Assembly: GCA_951406725.2 (NCBI GenBank)
Contig: OX597814.1
Span: 63,426,001 to 63,490,000 of the forward strand
Direction of reading: 5' to 3'
Origin: Octopus vulgaris
Lineage: Eukaryota
Length of the DNA: 64,000 nt
Position numbers and translations under genes: made by a program. Below the pieces are notes generated by a model. The model was not told the DNA's origin. It worked only from the letters and a program-made list of their open reading frames with translations, and ran no database searches. Positions within the stretch are counted from its first letter, which is position 1, and each line of letters begins with the position of its first letter. Shown here in pieces: positions 1 through 14,868 of this stretch.

Positions 1-186
1 CATGCTCGGAATGGTCAGTGGCAAGAGAGGAAGAGGCCGACCAAGAACCCACTGGCTTGCACCATCAAGAGTGATACCGGAATGGACATAGCTGATCTGA
101 AAGAAGTGGCCCAGAATAGAACTGACTGGAGGGCACTGATCCAAATAGTGACTGAGAGTCGACTTCGACTGAGCGGATAGAGAGAG
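1..186 (+). mobile_element. 3' end of an RTE-clade (BovB-like) LINE, degenerate
   Basis: Translates, with one frameshift near 59, as MLGMVSGKRGRGRPRTHWL/TIKSDTGMDIADLKEVAQNRTDWRALIQIVTESRLRLSG*. This matches the RTE ORF C-terminus pattern GxRxRGRPxxxWxD...RxxWR...SRxRL. A short (GA)n tail follows. Confidence 0.8.
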
Positions 187-1666
187 ATGCTACATAAAGA
201 TAACACTGTGTAACAAAATTTTATTTATTTACTTTGTGTGTTTTTGGTCATTAAGTGTTATTTCCTATTACCGTCTATCTAAAGATCAAAGGAAATACTA
301 TCATTCCCTTCAAACTTTGCTTTGGGACCTGAGCATCAATGTTTTGACACTGACCTATTTTTTATTACATTTCAGACAGACGCAGCGCTGAGTTGATCAA
401 GCAGAAATATCATAGCAAATATTCTGCTTAGTACCAATAATTTGCTTTTCAGTTGCTTGATCTTAACCGGTTGAATATGCCTCTTAGTGGCTGACATCTA
501 TGATCATAGGTGGGAGTAGTTGGAGTGACACAGCCATATGACGAGGTAGCTTCTTTGGGTTTTAAGTAAATCTAACAAAATCAAACTTTGAAGGAATCGT
601 TAGCCATTTTTATATAAACCGTAAGTTTATATAGATATTCTGTTGTGTCTGCGGAGAGTCATTTTCTTTTTGTGCGCATTCAGGAAAGATCTATAGATTC
701 AGTTAAAAGAATAAAAATTATTCGTATAGAACGTGGGAATTTGATTCTTAGCGTGTATATTATCTGATTTCCAACAATTTCATACAGCAGAGATTAAACC
801 ATATCCATCATTATCAAACGGCTTAGCAATAATCCATGTTATATGAAAATCAACTTTTTTGGTTTTTAAACTTGCTACGCGATTCAACTAATTATATTAT
901 GATATGTGTGTGTGTGTATTTGAGTGTCTGTGCCTGTGCGTGTAAATATATATCCATCCATCCATATATATGTATGTATACATACTAAAATACTCATGCA
1001 TACACACACTCAAATACACTTACACATGTGTCTGTATGCGTGTGTGCATGTGTAAATGAGAACTTTTGATCGATTCATACGCTGTTATTATTTTCTTCTC
1101 TCCTTTCTAATTTCTAGTGAGTTTTATTCACCTACTCAAATATATCGACATCAATGCCGAGCAAAAGATGGACTCTTTCCTTATGTGTGCCTTCAGCTAT
1201 GTACTAGTTATTATAACAGACGTTGATGACTCTTCCATATTCAAACTTCTTTCATGAATACTAACTATCAAGATCAATACATATCTTAAAACCTTGGTTG
1301 AGGCTTAATATATCTCATCTTCGCGGTGTTAAATACGCAGAAGTTCGATAGATTTCGAGGAAAGAAAAGTAAGAAAAAGAATAATTAGTGTAACATTTCA
1401 CACGAGTCGCATTCGTAAATCTGAGCAAATTTGAATAAGCAGAAAATAAACAGAAATGGAAATGGCCGTCTCATCGCTGAGACAACGTATTTAAAGAACC
1501 AAGTTAAATAATATACATTGAAACTATAAGTGGAAATAAACTCTACCGGCCTATCTCGTAGACACAAAAACCAAATACAAACATATACGCGCACACATAC
1601 AAGAACATAAGAGCAGGCAGGTAAACACATACACAAATACACACACACACACATGCAGTCACACAA

Positions 1667-1699
<33 letters not shown>

Positions 1700-1778
1700 C
1701 ATACATAACACACAATCACACACTTTTGGTACGGTTCTTCATAGTTCACGTCATGTTAAAGTCGGATACATGTTAATG

Positions 1779-1846
<68 letters not shown>

Positions 1847-1883
1847 AATTTATCTATCTATATATGCATATATATGTATGCCT

Positions 1884-3465
<1,582 letters not shown>

Positions 3466-3601
3466 GTATGTATGTATGTATGGATGTATGTATGTATGTA
3501 TGTATCTCTCTCCTTTCTCTCGCTTCTCCTCTCTCTCTCTCTTCTCTCCTCTCTCTCTCTCTCTCTGTATATATATAGATATTCCTTTATTCTTTGATAG
3601 T

Positions 3602-3800
3602 CTTATTGTTTCACTCATTTGACTGTGGCCATGCTGGAGTACCGCCTTAAACAGTCTTAGTCGAGGACATCGACACCAGGAATTTTTCTTTGTAAGCCTA
3701 TTACCAAATCATTTTAAATTAAAAACTATACATATGTTTATATATATATATTTGTGTGTGTTTGTGTGTGTGTGTGTATGTGTGTGTGTGTATGTGTGTG

Positions 3801-3835
<35 letters not shown>

Positions 3836-4545
3836 CTGTGTGTGTCTGTCTCCGTGTTTGCTCCCACCCCGCCATCTTTTAACAACAAGTAGTGGTGTGT
3901 TTAGGTCCCTGTAACTTAACGGTTCGACAAAAGGTTCCAATAGATTTGGTAATAGGCTTACAAAGAAAAATTCCTGGTGTCGATGTCCTCGACTAAGACT
4001 GTTTAAGGCGGTACTCCAGCATGGCCACAGTCAAATGAGTGAAACAATAAGACTATCAAAGAATAAAGGAATATCTATATATATACAGAGAGAGAGAGTG
4101 AGGAGAGAAGAGAGAGAGAGAGAGAGGAGAAGCGAGAGAAAGGAGAGAGATACATACATACATACATACATCCATACATACATACATACAGGACATTATA
4201 TAATGAAATCTGTTGGAAGGATATTCCCAAGGAAAAAGAAATAAAAGCCAACAATATGGTAGACGCCATAACCACTTATAATGAAAAGGAATACTGGTGG
4301 AATGTACCAGTGAAGACCTCAATAAAATGTAAGCACAACATACCTGATATAATGATTCGGGATAGAGAAGAGACGCTGTGCACTATTGCAGAAATTAGCT
4401 GCCCAGTGGATGTTAACATAAAGCTGAAGATCAGGGAAAAAGAGAACACCTATTCTGAACTATTGAGAAATCTATAGTTACTCTAATCAGATTACAAGTT
4501 CAGGTTTATACCTGTAAATATTGTTTTATCAATATTGTTTTATCA

Positions 4546-4577
<32 letters not shown>

Positions 4578-4710
4578 CTTTATATATGACACGATCCTTC
4601 GGTCGGCCCGAGGCTATAGTAGAAGACACTCGCCCAAGGTGCTACGCAGGGGGACTGAACTCGGAAGCATGTGTTTAGGAACAAATTTCTAACCACACAG
4701 ACACGTCTAG
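3602..4710 (-). mobile_element. tRNA-derived SINE family A (internal CA/TA microsatellite), rearranged by the inverted duplication
   Basis: Tail ttgtttcactcatttgactgtggccatgctggagtaccgcc at ~3606. The body is inverted in 3720-4045. The head remnant ggtcggcccgaggctatagtagaagacact...gggactgaac lies at 4600-4710. Same family as 9273, 20367, 24683 and 42395. Confidence 0.75.
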
Positions 4711-4731
4711 GCTTATATATATATATATATA

Positions 4732-5328
4732 CTAAGTAATTAAGGGTTTAGCAACGAATTGCCTCACCAACACACCGAATTTAGAAATAGCAGTCAAAGA
4801 GATATAGCTATTCCTTCTACTAAAAGGGGGATCTCAGTAAAAACACAGCACTTAAAAGGCAAACACAGACAGGTAAGAAAGAAAGAATGAAATGACGGCA
4901 ATCCATCATGCAATTTTAAGTTACCTACGGACGTACGTTTCGAGATCAAGTTTTAGGATATCATAAGAATTAGAAAATTCTACTTTACCCAGACTTCTTC
5001 TCTCATCGGCGCAGGATACTACAATTGTGAATAATTGTATATTAAATTTTGAGATACTAGAATGCGTCATCTCAACTCAGTGTCAGAGCGAGCCAAAGCA
5101 TGACCAGTACCACGAAATTCAAAGTTTGAATGAAAGTTTGTGTCACCAGCCCCCTTCCACCCGCGTGTAGCCAAGACAAAATGCTGTGGTCATTTACTGG
5201 GATAAAATATGGTTATCAGTAATAATAAAAGGGTGAAATTAATTAATTAGGGATAATTATCAATTACACCAAGTAGATTTCGGTATGTAAAAGCCCCATT
5301 CGAGGTGACCACAGCATTTTGTCTTGGC

Positions 5329-5330
<2 letters not shown>
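4732..5330 (-). repeat. Penelope-like terminal-repeat (pLTR-like) fragment with a hammerhead motif and a 25-bp perfect inverted repeat (5168-5192 / 5306-5330)
   Basis: Flanked by (TA)n on both sides. tagccaagacaaaatgctgtggtca is exactly inverted at 5306-5330. Contains the HHR-like motif at 4924-5015. Confidence 0.5.
4924..5015 (-). ncRNA. Type I hammerhead-ribozyme-like motif (U4C variant, GUC cleavage triplet)
   Basis: Minus strand: CCTGCG-CCGATGA-GAGA...TCTC-GAAACGTACGTC-CGTAGG. Stem I is 6 bp with one G.U, stem II is GAGA/TCTC with a long loop, and stem III is the palindrome ACGTACGT followed by C17. Confidence 0.6.
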
Positions 5331-5359
<29 letters not shown>

Positions 5360-5367
5360 ATATATCG

Positions 5368-5537
5368 CTAGCCACTACACATTCTTTATTTTATCTCCTT
5401 GTTTCTTTCTGTGTTCCTGTCTGTGGAAGAGGGTAGGCTGGACACGTTAAAGACGTTTTCACTTCTCGAGCGTTATATTAATACATCTGTTTGCTGTCTA
5501 CACCACCTGTCTTCGTCTTTCTTTGTGAATTCTCCCC
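5368..5537 (+). repeat. Dispersed repeat (second copy at 9800-9915, minus strand) with a degenerate hammerhead-like core, probably a PLE terminus
   Basis: The two copies are inverted relative to each other and both abut (TA)n. The copy near 9886-9915 reads TGGAAGAGCGGAGGCTCGAAACGTTAAAG on the minus strand. Confidence 0.5.
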
Positions 5538-6594
5538 TATATATATATATATATATATATACCTGTCAAAATATCTAAGGTCATCAAGAATCTTGTCGCT
5601 GTAATTGTGACAGCTCATAGCTTTAGGTATGTATCTATTTATCTATCTATCTATCGATCTATCTGTCCATCTACGTATCATTATTCGATGTGCATGATGG
5701 AGTGGAGTTATGTGTGCTTAAAAAACCTTATATTTTCCATAAGCTGCATCTTTTGTAGATGCAGAATTTTACATGGATAACAGCCTTATATTCACCTCTA
5801 GTATGAACGGCCATGAGCCAGATAGGCTTCCAAAGAATGGGCTTATGGATAACGATAGATACTAACCTGCCTGATGATGATCCATGTCTTCTCGGAAAAT
5901 GATTCCCAAGCATCAATATTTCTAGTTGCCCATATGCAAATTTTTTTGCTATGAAGAAATATTCATGGGGATGGAGCTAATTTATGCTTATGTCTTACGC
6001 CCCTTGATTCAGAATTATTTGACATTCACTCACGTCATATTTGATATGGTTCCTCATATATTGCTCATTTCTAAAATGTCTCGTAATGAATCTACGATTT
6101 TCTCGGTGTCTTCGTTCTAATGCTCTTCTTCGGTTTGATACTGTGTTTACCATACCTTTATCTTCTACCATATTAAATGTCTTGTTATAATCTAATTACA
6201 TTTAATCTTATTTGAGAAATATATGATTAAGCTTGTTCATTATCGGAAGAAATATAATAGCATAATACGTGTTTCTTCTTACAATAAATATGTTTAATTA
6301 TCATAACTAACAATAATTAAATATTAAATTTTGTGTCTAACAACTCTTCAGGTATGATATATATCTACACATACACAAACACATATATGTGTATATAAAT
6401 GTATATGTGTGTATATGTATGTATGCATATATGTATGTATACATCTGTGCATGTGTGTGTATATGTATGTGTATATGTATGTGTATATGTATGTGTATAT
6501 GTATATATATATATATATGCATGTTTATATATGTATGTGTGCGTGTTTATATGTTTATATATATATATACGTATATATCTATCTGTTTATCTAT

Positions 6595-6631
<37 letters not shown>

Positions 6632-6649
6632 ACTCTTCACACACACACA

Positions 6650-6727
<78 letters not shown>

Positions 6728-7332
6728 GATGCACATATCCGTGTGTTTGTGTGTGTGTGTATAAGTCAATGGTCACGAAAAGAAGACAACACGGGAGCAT
6801 AAATTTTAATTCAATGTTTGTTTAATGCATGTCGACAAAGCAGAGTATGAAGGTTCTCTTATTTGAAGAGTGTCTAAGTAAAAACTTTCAAAGAGATATG
6901 AGTTTATTACTTATCTTTGTCAGGATATCAGTAATATTTATCAATGGATTGTGCTGAGTCAAACAGGATTAACATTATTTTCTACCAAAGATACAATAGT
7001 GCATCTTTCTATTTCATGATTAAGCTTCAAAATGTCTGCGTAAAATAAGGAAACATTAATCAAATAACTATACTTGTAGCTATCAGCTACTTGGAATAAT
7101 ATTTATATCATTTATCCAACCTGAAAAGCTTCAAAATAGCTGAAAACATTCTTTTTCAGTGTTATGGTCTCTGAGTTAATTAACTCTGTCCTTTAAAATG
7201 ATTTTAAATCATTTGTTCCGAATTTATAAAAATTGAAAGATACTGCTTGTGAATTTTTAGAAATTCATCTTTGAGTCATCTCGACTAATGTGTTTCTGTG
7301 CCGACCTATTTCTTGGTTGTCAATAATAAATA

Positions 7333-7872
7333 TTGGGTTGTCCGGAAAGTTCGTGCCGATTTATAGTAGCTTACCTTTCAACTTATTTTAGAACAAGGTT
7401 GAGTCCAAACTGTGCTTCATTTAGATCACAGTTTAAGCTACCTTTTCGTGGAAGAAGGTTTATGTTCCTATAACCTGTATTAATTATGTAACCCTTTAAA
7501 GTGGAAGATAAGAAAGTTCATTTTCGGCACTTGATGCTTTAGGAACCAGACAAAAATTGCTGCAGCTCGGCCGGGATGTGTTACCCCACCCTCCATATTC
7601 ACCAGGTATTGTTCCTTCGGATTTCCACTTATTCAGATCTCTGCAGAATAGACTTAATGGTAAAAATTTCAATTCCTTGTATGACGTAAAAATATACCTT
7701 GATGAATTCTTTGCCTTGAAACGACCTCAATTCTGGGAAGAGGGTATTTTCAAGTTAAAAGAAAGATGGAGACGCACTGGTTCATATTTGGTTGAATAAA
7801 AATGTAATGGCAAGTATTTATTGACCTTTTTCTTTCCTGTAAAAATCGGCACGAACTTTCCGAATAACCCAA
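7333..7872 (+). mobile_element. Internally deleted mariner transposon (540 bp)
   Basis: ~30-bp TIRs (ttgggttgtccggaaagttcgtgccgattt / aaatcggcacgaactttccgaataacccaa) with TA on both sides. The transposase N-terminus EDKKVHFRHLML at 7501 is joined to the C-terminus LPHPPYSPGIVPSDFHLFRSLQN (YSPDLAPxD motif, ORF 7557..7799). Confidence 0.92.
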
Positions 7873-8416
7873 TAAAAACGCTTAAAACATTATGTCTTAA
7901 CTTACACGTAATTCGAAAGATTGGCGCGACACAACAGAATCCCTGTATATTAGAGTTGTAGAATAGGACAGTAAATTAAACAGTCGGCTGACATCTAGCT
8001 AGTTGACCAATGTGAATATCATCTAAATACATTTCAGACCAGATAATCTTGAGGTTACTCAATCAGAAAACAAAATTATTTATGAAATGTAATATTCTTA
8101 ATGAGAACTTAGCTTAAGCGTATTGCGTTAATTATGATTTTGGCATTAATATTGCTATTTGTTATTAACAGATTTAAAACTGATTACATGCTTAACTATA
8201 TAGCTAATTACTTATGCACAAATTAGTTTGCAGTGTGGTTCTCTAATCTCTAAATTTATACTAACTCTTTATTCAATTCGTTTCAATTAAAATATTGCTT
8301 CATCAGGTTTATTGATAATATAAATGGTTAATCATAGCTACCCTTTGTATTTAGGGAAAGAATTAGCACAGTAAATATGATGCTACGTATGCACACCTCT
8401 CTCAGCTTCTTTCTTC

Positions 8417-8724
<308 letters not shown>

Positions 8725-9272
8725 TCCTAGCAACATTTAAAATCCAGTGTAGGACACACGAAATTGCCCAACGGAAGAATTCAAGGTATGACTAACAAAT
8801 AATTGTAAACACAGATATTAGTTACTGACCGTTGTGAATAGCCGGGATTATATTTCAATTTTTCTTAAATTTAGGGTAATGTTTTCCCACAAAAGTTGTG
8901 AGGTTTCTTTTCGATTTTCGCTTTAGAGCCATGAACAATGCGCCATATTATAAGTCGGTTATAAGTTATAAGATTAGTGTATAACAGTGTTATACACTAA
9001 TCGTGAATGTGTATTGAAAAGGTTTCGCCACAAAATATAATCATTTTTGTATATATTGTCTGTGTTTCTTTCGGAAAGGAGCAAAGATCGTATAGGAGCT
9101 GATGTTTTCTCCAGATATAAAACAATGAGAATCTATAGGTGATCCAGCAGTGGTATCAAAGCTACGCACCTAATGACGTGCAAGTATACAACTATTGCGG
9201 TATCATATTTATATAATACTTGAAGAGATACCAGGCGTTGCTCGGGATTTAAATGGCATATTTTCTTTATTG

Positions 9273-9490
9273 TTTTACTTGCTTCAGTCATGCGACTGTG
9301 GCCATGCTATGCACCACTTTTCGTTGAAGAAATTGAAATCAGGATTTATTCATTGTAAGTATAGTACATATTCTATCGGTGTGTTTTGCAAACAGCGAAG
9401 TTATGGGAACGTACACAGGGCAGCATCGGTAGTCAAGTAGTGGTGGGGATACAAACACAGACACAGACGCACAAACACACATACACACAC
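9273..9490 (-). mobile_element. SINE family A, 3' half
   Basis: ttttacttgcttcagtcatgcgactgtggccatgct...gtcaagtagtggtggggatacaaacacagacac matches the other family A copies. Confidence 0.75.
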
Positions 9491-9658
9491 ATATATGCAT
9501 ATAAACATACACATATATACATACATAAAAATAAATATACATAAATGTATATATATATATACATACTTACATATATATGTAGATGTATATGCATATGTAT
9601 ATATATATATATGTATATATACAAATATATATATATATATATATAGGCATATATATAC

Positions 9659-9709
<51 letters not shown>

Positions 9710-9752
9710 GGAACATAAATATAAATGCATATAAATATACATGTATATACAT

Positions 9753-9801
<49 letters not shown>

Positions 9802-9916
9802 GGAGAATTCACAAAAGATAACGAAAGACGAAACAGGTGGTGTAGACAACAGATGTATTAGTTTAACGCTCGGGAAGTGAAAACGTCTTTAACGTTTCGA
9901 GCCTCCGCTCTTCCAC

Positions 9917-10240
9917 GGCGTGGCTCAATGGTTAGAGCGTCCAGCTTACGATCGTGAGGTTATGAGCTCGAATCCCGGACCGGGATTGTGTTTTTGAGCA
10001 AGACACTTTATTTCACGTTGCTTAAGTTCACTCAGCTGTAGAAATGAGTTGCGACTTCACAGGTGCCGAGCTGTATCGGCCTTTGCCTTTACCTCGGATA
10101 ACACTGGTGGCGTGGAGAGGGGAGGCAATATGCATGGGCAACTGCTGGTCTTCCATAAACAACCTTGCCCTGACTTGTGCCTGGGAGGGTAACTTTCTAG
10201 GTGCAATCCCATGGTCTGTGTCGTGACCGAAGGAGGTCTC
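9917..10240 (+). mobile_element. tRNA-derived SINE family B, near full length
   Basis: A-box-like GTGGCTCAATGG and B-box-like GAGCTCGAATCCC, followed by ttgagcaagacactttatttcacgttgct. A related head occurs at ~24135-24220. The copy ends in (TA)n. Confidence 0.75.
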
Positions 10241-10369
10241 AAATATATATGTATATATACATACATATCTTGTGTATTTATATGTATTTATATACACGTA
10301 CATAAAAGTATATATATATGTATATATATGTATACATATATATATATATATATGCAAATATATATATGC

Positions 10370-10470
<101 letters not shown>

Positions 10471-12395
10471 GCATGAGATATGCATTGTTCATCTTCTATG
10501 AAAAGTGGATGTATTTGCGCTTTCAAAGGGGCTCTGTTCCGTGTTATAAGCCCCATTATGTAGGTTGGATAATATTTTAAGAGGGGGAAATTTTGGAATT
10601 CGTCTTTATTTAGTACCTAGTATTTGTGTTGTTATTTTCATTGAAATCGGAGGTATTTGAATTTTCTAAGGGGCTATTTGCCCCACTTTAAGTCCCCTAA
10701 TCTCAATGGAAAGTAAATTTTATGTAGCCCATCGTCTTTCTCGTAAAAGTTTACATGAAAACACATATTTTGTTTCTATGTATCTTCTATTTTCTTTTGT
10801 CCTATAGAGACACACAGATGTTGAGCTTTGTTATATAGATTTACATAACATGCATCACATGTGAAGCACTCAGCAATTAATAGCTGTGACTGTCATCTAT
10901 TCTCGGAAACGAGAATGTAAGTTTCAATAGATTGTTTCATGTCAAATCTTTTAACAAAACATAAATACTTGGAAACAGCTTGCTTGCTCGAGTGCAGTCA
11001 GTCGAAACCCCGCATACTGGAGGCCAGTGGATTTCAAGAAACATCAGGAGAGATGATACTTTACAGCGAGGCACCGCGCATACTCTAACTATATAGTATA
11101 TTTGTAGTAGAGAATAGCGGCGAGTATAAGTCTTAGTGTATTGCCATACTAACAGAAGGATTTCTGGCGTATTGTTGTTTCATGACCAAGAAGAATTAGC
11201 TCTATGCCTGGCTTGAATTACTTTAGTTTGGTTTAAAATATTATACTCAAATATTTCGATTACTACAAGAATTGGTGAAAGTGTGGAAAACGAATACTTG
11301 AAAACTGGAATGAGTTCTAAAATCGGGATATTGGAAGTCGATAAAAAATGGAAAACATACAATGATTTATGTGAATGATTTTCTGTGAGCTGTAGATGTG
11401 GGAACAAAATGAATATGCATAAGTATTAATATAATCAATAAAAGTTATCGTCAAATAATCATTCTCGGTCTTTCCATTTACAGAGCTTAATTGTGTTTGA
11501 ATAAAATCAACAGTTAAAATTTTCTATATTTATTAGTTTCCTATAAGTAAATTTGATGTTTTAAATCAAGTGAAATATTTATTAGTTCAAAAACATTACA
11601 GAAATATTTGATTACTGAATTTGATATTTTATCTATATTAAATAGAAACATTAAAGTTATGCAATTGTTCATTTGTGATCTTATGTCTGGCTTGGAATAA
11701 TTACAATAATTTTAATAGTATTGGGAACAATTGTGACATGTATCTGTTTACGGGTAAGCACCTGCATAAAACTGTTATATTATTCCATCTTACGGTTTTA
11801 CTTCCCGTGTTCAAAGCTCCCAAGCTCGAATTTGTCTTTCCTGCTACACGAATCAATAAAATTACTATCAATCACGTAGTAGATGCGTATTAAATAACAA
11901 TACATGTTTCTTACACAATTGTGGTGTTCAGCTAATATTGTAAGTTAATCATTAATATAATGACAAGAGTATTGGAAATGACTGAAACAGTGTCAAATTA
12001 AAGATATTACATTTACTTTCATTCTTCTAGTTGTGAGTTAAAAATATCGCAATAATCGACTCTATCGATCATTTTTTGGCGAGATAGAATCAAATGAACA
12101 CTAGCATTACAATAATCCAACACACTTTATTTTTGTAAAAAGATTTTACTATTACAGAAGGAATGTATATTCGCAGAAGTAATTTCTATTATAGGCACTG
12201 CATTTTGGATTTGGACGGAAAGACGCAGCTGATTACATCTCAGTATATTGGTGGTATTTAGTATATCGATGAAAGAGAATAGAAAGCAAACTACAGACCA
12301 AAGTGATTTTCAATTAGAACGCAGTGAAATAACACATTGCATTATGTAAACTACCCCGCAAAACTTGCCAACCACTTCATTAACAACAAAAACAC

Positions 12396-12443
<48 letters not shown>

Positions 12444-12527
12444 AGTGACGATGATACTGATGATTATTAGCCAAGCAATATACCCTCATCCCGGCGGTTT
12501 CTATGGTTGTTACGGTTAATATATATA

Positions 12528-13752
12528 CAGGGGTTGGACAAAATAATGGAAACACCTAGCATCATACCATCATAATATTGAGATATCATAAAACTGTCAA
12601 AAGTTTGTTTATTTTTATGATTTTAGATTTATTATTAGTGTTGCTTAATATGTTTTGCTAAAATTGCTGTTTCCTTTCCTGATATCATCAGATAAAGGTA
12701 ATTAAAATTCTTTAAAATGACAGATCTATCGAACTTTCAAAGAGGTCAAATTGTTGATGTTTTTATGTTTTTACGTTTTATGTTTGGTGTATTATGATGT
12801 ACTGTCTGGAAAGTAATAACAGCTTTCGCGAAAGAGGGAAAAACCTCCTCATCGATACAAAACTCCAGAAGACAACCAAGACTTTCAGATAGGTACCGTC
12901 AGACTCTTACGTGAATTGTCAGAAAGAATCGCAAAAGTACAGCTCTCAAAATTACTGTAGAGCTTAATGACCACCCAGTTTCCACAAGAACTGTTTGCCG
13001 GATTTCGCAAAGTTGGATTTGACGGGCGGGCTGCAATCAGAGGACTACTACTTTCAAAAACAAACGTTGTAAACCGTATAGAGTGGAGTAAGACCCAACA
13101 GAATTGGTCCCTAGAGCAGTGGAAGAATTTTATTTTCTCGGACAAGTCATCCTTTACTTTATTTCCACAATCGAGTATACGTGTGGAGACAGCCAGCAGA
13201 AGCATTTGATCCAGACTACCTTCTTCCAACTATTAAAATGGAGGAGGATCTGTGATGATTTGGTGGTCTATATCTTGGAAATCCGCTGGTCCAATGGTTT
13301 CCCTTCATGGCAGAATTAATAGTGAAGACTATTTAAGCATTTTAGCTGATCAAATTCATCCTATGGTAGGGAAACGCAGTCTTTCAGAGTGATAATACGC
13401 CAATTCACACAAGTAAAGTTGTTACTGAATGGCACGAGGAACATTCTAGTGAAGTTGAACATCTTATCTGGCCACTACAGTCCTCAGATCTCAATATTAT
13501 TGAACATTTTTGGTGCATATTAGAAAAACAAGTAAGGAGTCGATATCCTCCACCATCATCACTACAAGAACTGAAGACTGTTTTAACTGAATAATGGAAA
13601 AAATTCCTTTAGAAATAAACAATTCAAACTTTGTGTGAGTCAATACCTCGTAGAACTGAAGCTGCTAATTACAGCCAAAGGCGGTCCTAACTCATATTAA
13701 AATAAATTTATTTGAAATTTTAAGCTGTTCCTATTATTTTGTCCAACACCTG
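12528..13752 (+). mobile_element. Tc1-family DNA transposon, near full length, with a degenerate transposase
   Basis: TIRs caggggttggacaaaataatggaaaca / tgttcctattattttgtccaacacctg with TA flanks. Transposase remnants: MTDLSNFQRGQIV (12717), IFSDKSSF, FQSDNTPIH, WPLQSSDLNIIEHFW (DD34E-type), with frameshifts and stops. Confidence 0.92.
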
Positions 13753-14390
13753 TATAATGCTCTTAATACTAATTTCTAATATACGCGTTAGCATTTTGCT
13801 AAATCAACTGTAAATTTTTACGACAAAAATATGTACATTGACTGCCGGATTTAGCCAAACTACCGAGCATTTGAGTAGTCGCTAGTGATGATGCTTACAA
13901 AATAGTCGAAACTAATCTAGTCTAGTGATTCTAATTCTAGAGACGATCATAGGGGAGGTGTCTACCTTGTCAGTATGTATATATATATATATATTTCCCT
14001 TATTTCTAACAATATTGTTGCTTCGGCACACATTAAATGACGATAAGTTTTTTTCCTTTATGGTATTATATTGCGTCAAGCTGCTTATAGTAACATATTC
14101 ACACTTTCATACAGGTATGAAAGTCTGTGTGTGTGTGTAAGGATCCGGTTGTAGGAAGTTCATAACCTTTGAGCAGTCCTTAGAAGGTATAAAAAACAAT
14201 TTTCAGGAACAATAGTGGTTTGCGGACGAAGAAGGTTGTAGATCTTTCCCAAAGCAAAGTTCGAAACGCTGAAAGATCTGAAAGTCCACGGTAAGCAACT
14301 AGATTTCTGTGTATGCGAATAAAAATCTCCTGTAAGTTACCACGGGATCCGTTGACGACAATGTAACCTTCATTTGTCTAAGGTATCTTT

Positions 14391-14473
14391 GGCCTGACGA
14401 GTAGCTAGCAGAGAACCCCTCGTTGAGTAATGACTACTTCCGAGGTTCTGCTAACTAGAAAACACATGTAGCT
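14391..14473 (+). ncRNA. Hammerhead-ribozyme-like motif with an extended stem II
   Basis: GGC-CTGACGA-GTAGCTAGCAGAGAACCCCTCG...CGAGGTTCTGCTAACTA-GAAAACACATGTA-GCT. The interrupted stem II has ~16 bp. The expected C11.1 is missing. Confidence 0.5.
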
Positions 14474-14556
14474 TGAATTTTACTTACTCCTTTCTGTAAT
14501 TTTTGATTTTTATACACATACGCACGCGCACAAACATACAAATATATATATTTATG

Positions 14557-14692
<136 letters not shown>

Positions 14693-14868
14693 CGTTTAAA
14701 TATTTGTTGTGCAAGATTTTTTATGTGAAGTCGTGTGTTGAAACAGATATTGTTATATTTCGGAATGGTCATATTGCCAGTTTAGCCAATAAAAACACAC
14801 GCACTATATATTTGGTGTTATTTTGCTTCAGTGATATTTATTTTTTACATTAATCTTAATCTTATTTC

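Noticed and set aside
8275-8310. CTGATGAAGCAAT...ATTGAAAC on the minus strand as a hammerhead
   Set aside because: No pairable stem I or stem III; likely chance in AT-rich DNA.
9917-9990. tRNA-like sequence with A and B boxes (also at 21340-21394 and 43893-43980)
   Set aside because: These are SINE heads. They have no complete cloverleaf and continue into SINE bodies present in multiple copies.
10975-11390. Possible plus-strand terminal exon (LACSSAVSRNPAYWRPVDFKKHQER*)
   Set aside because: The acceptor is weak, there is no recognisable homology, and no partner exon was identified.
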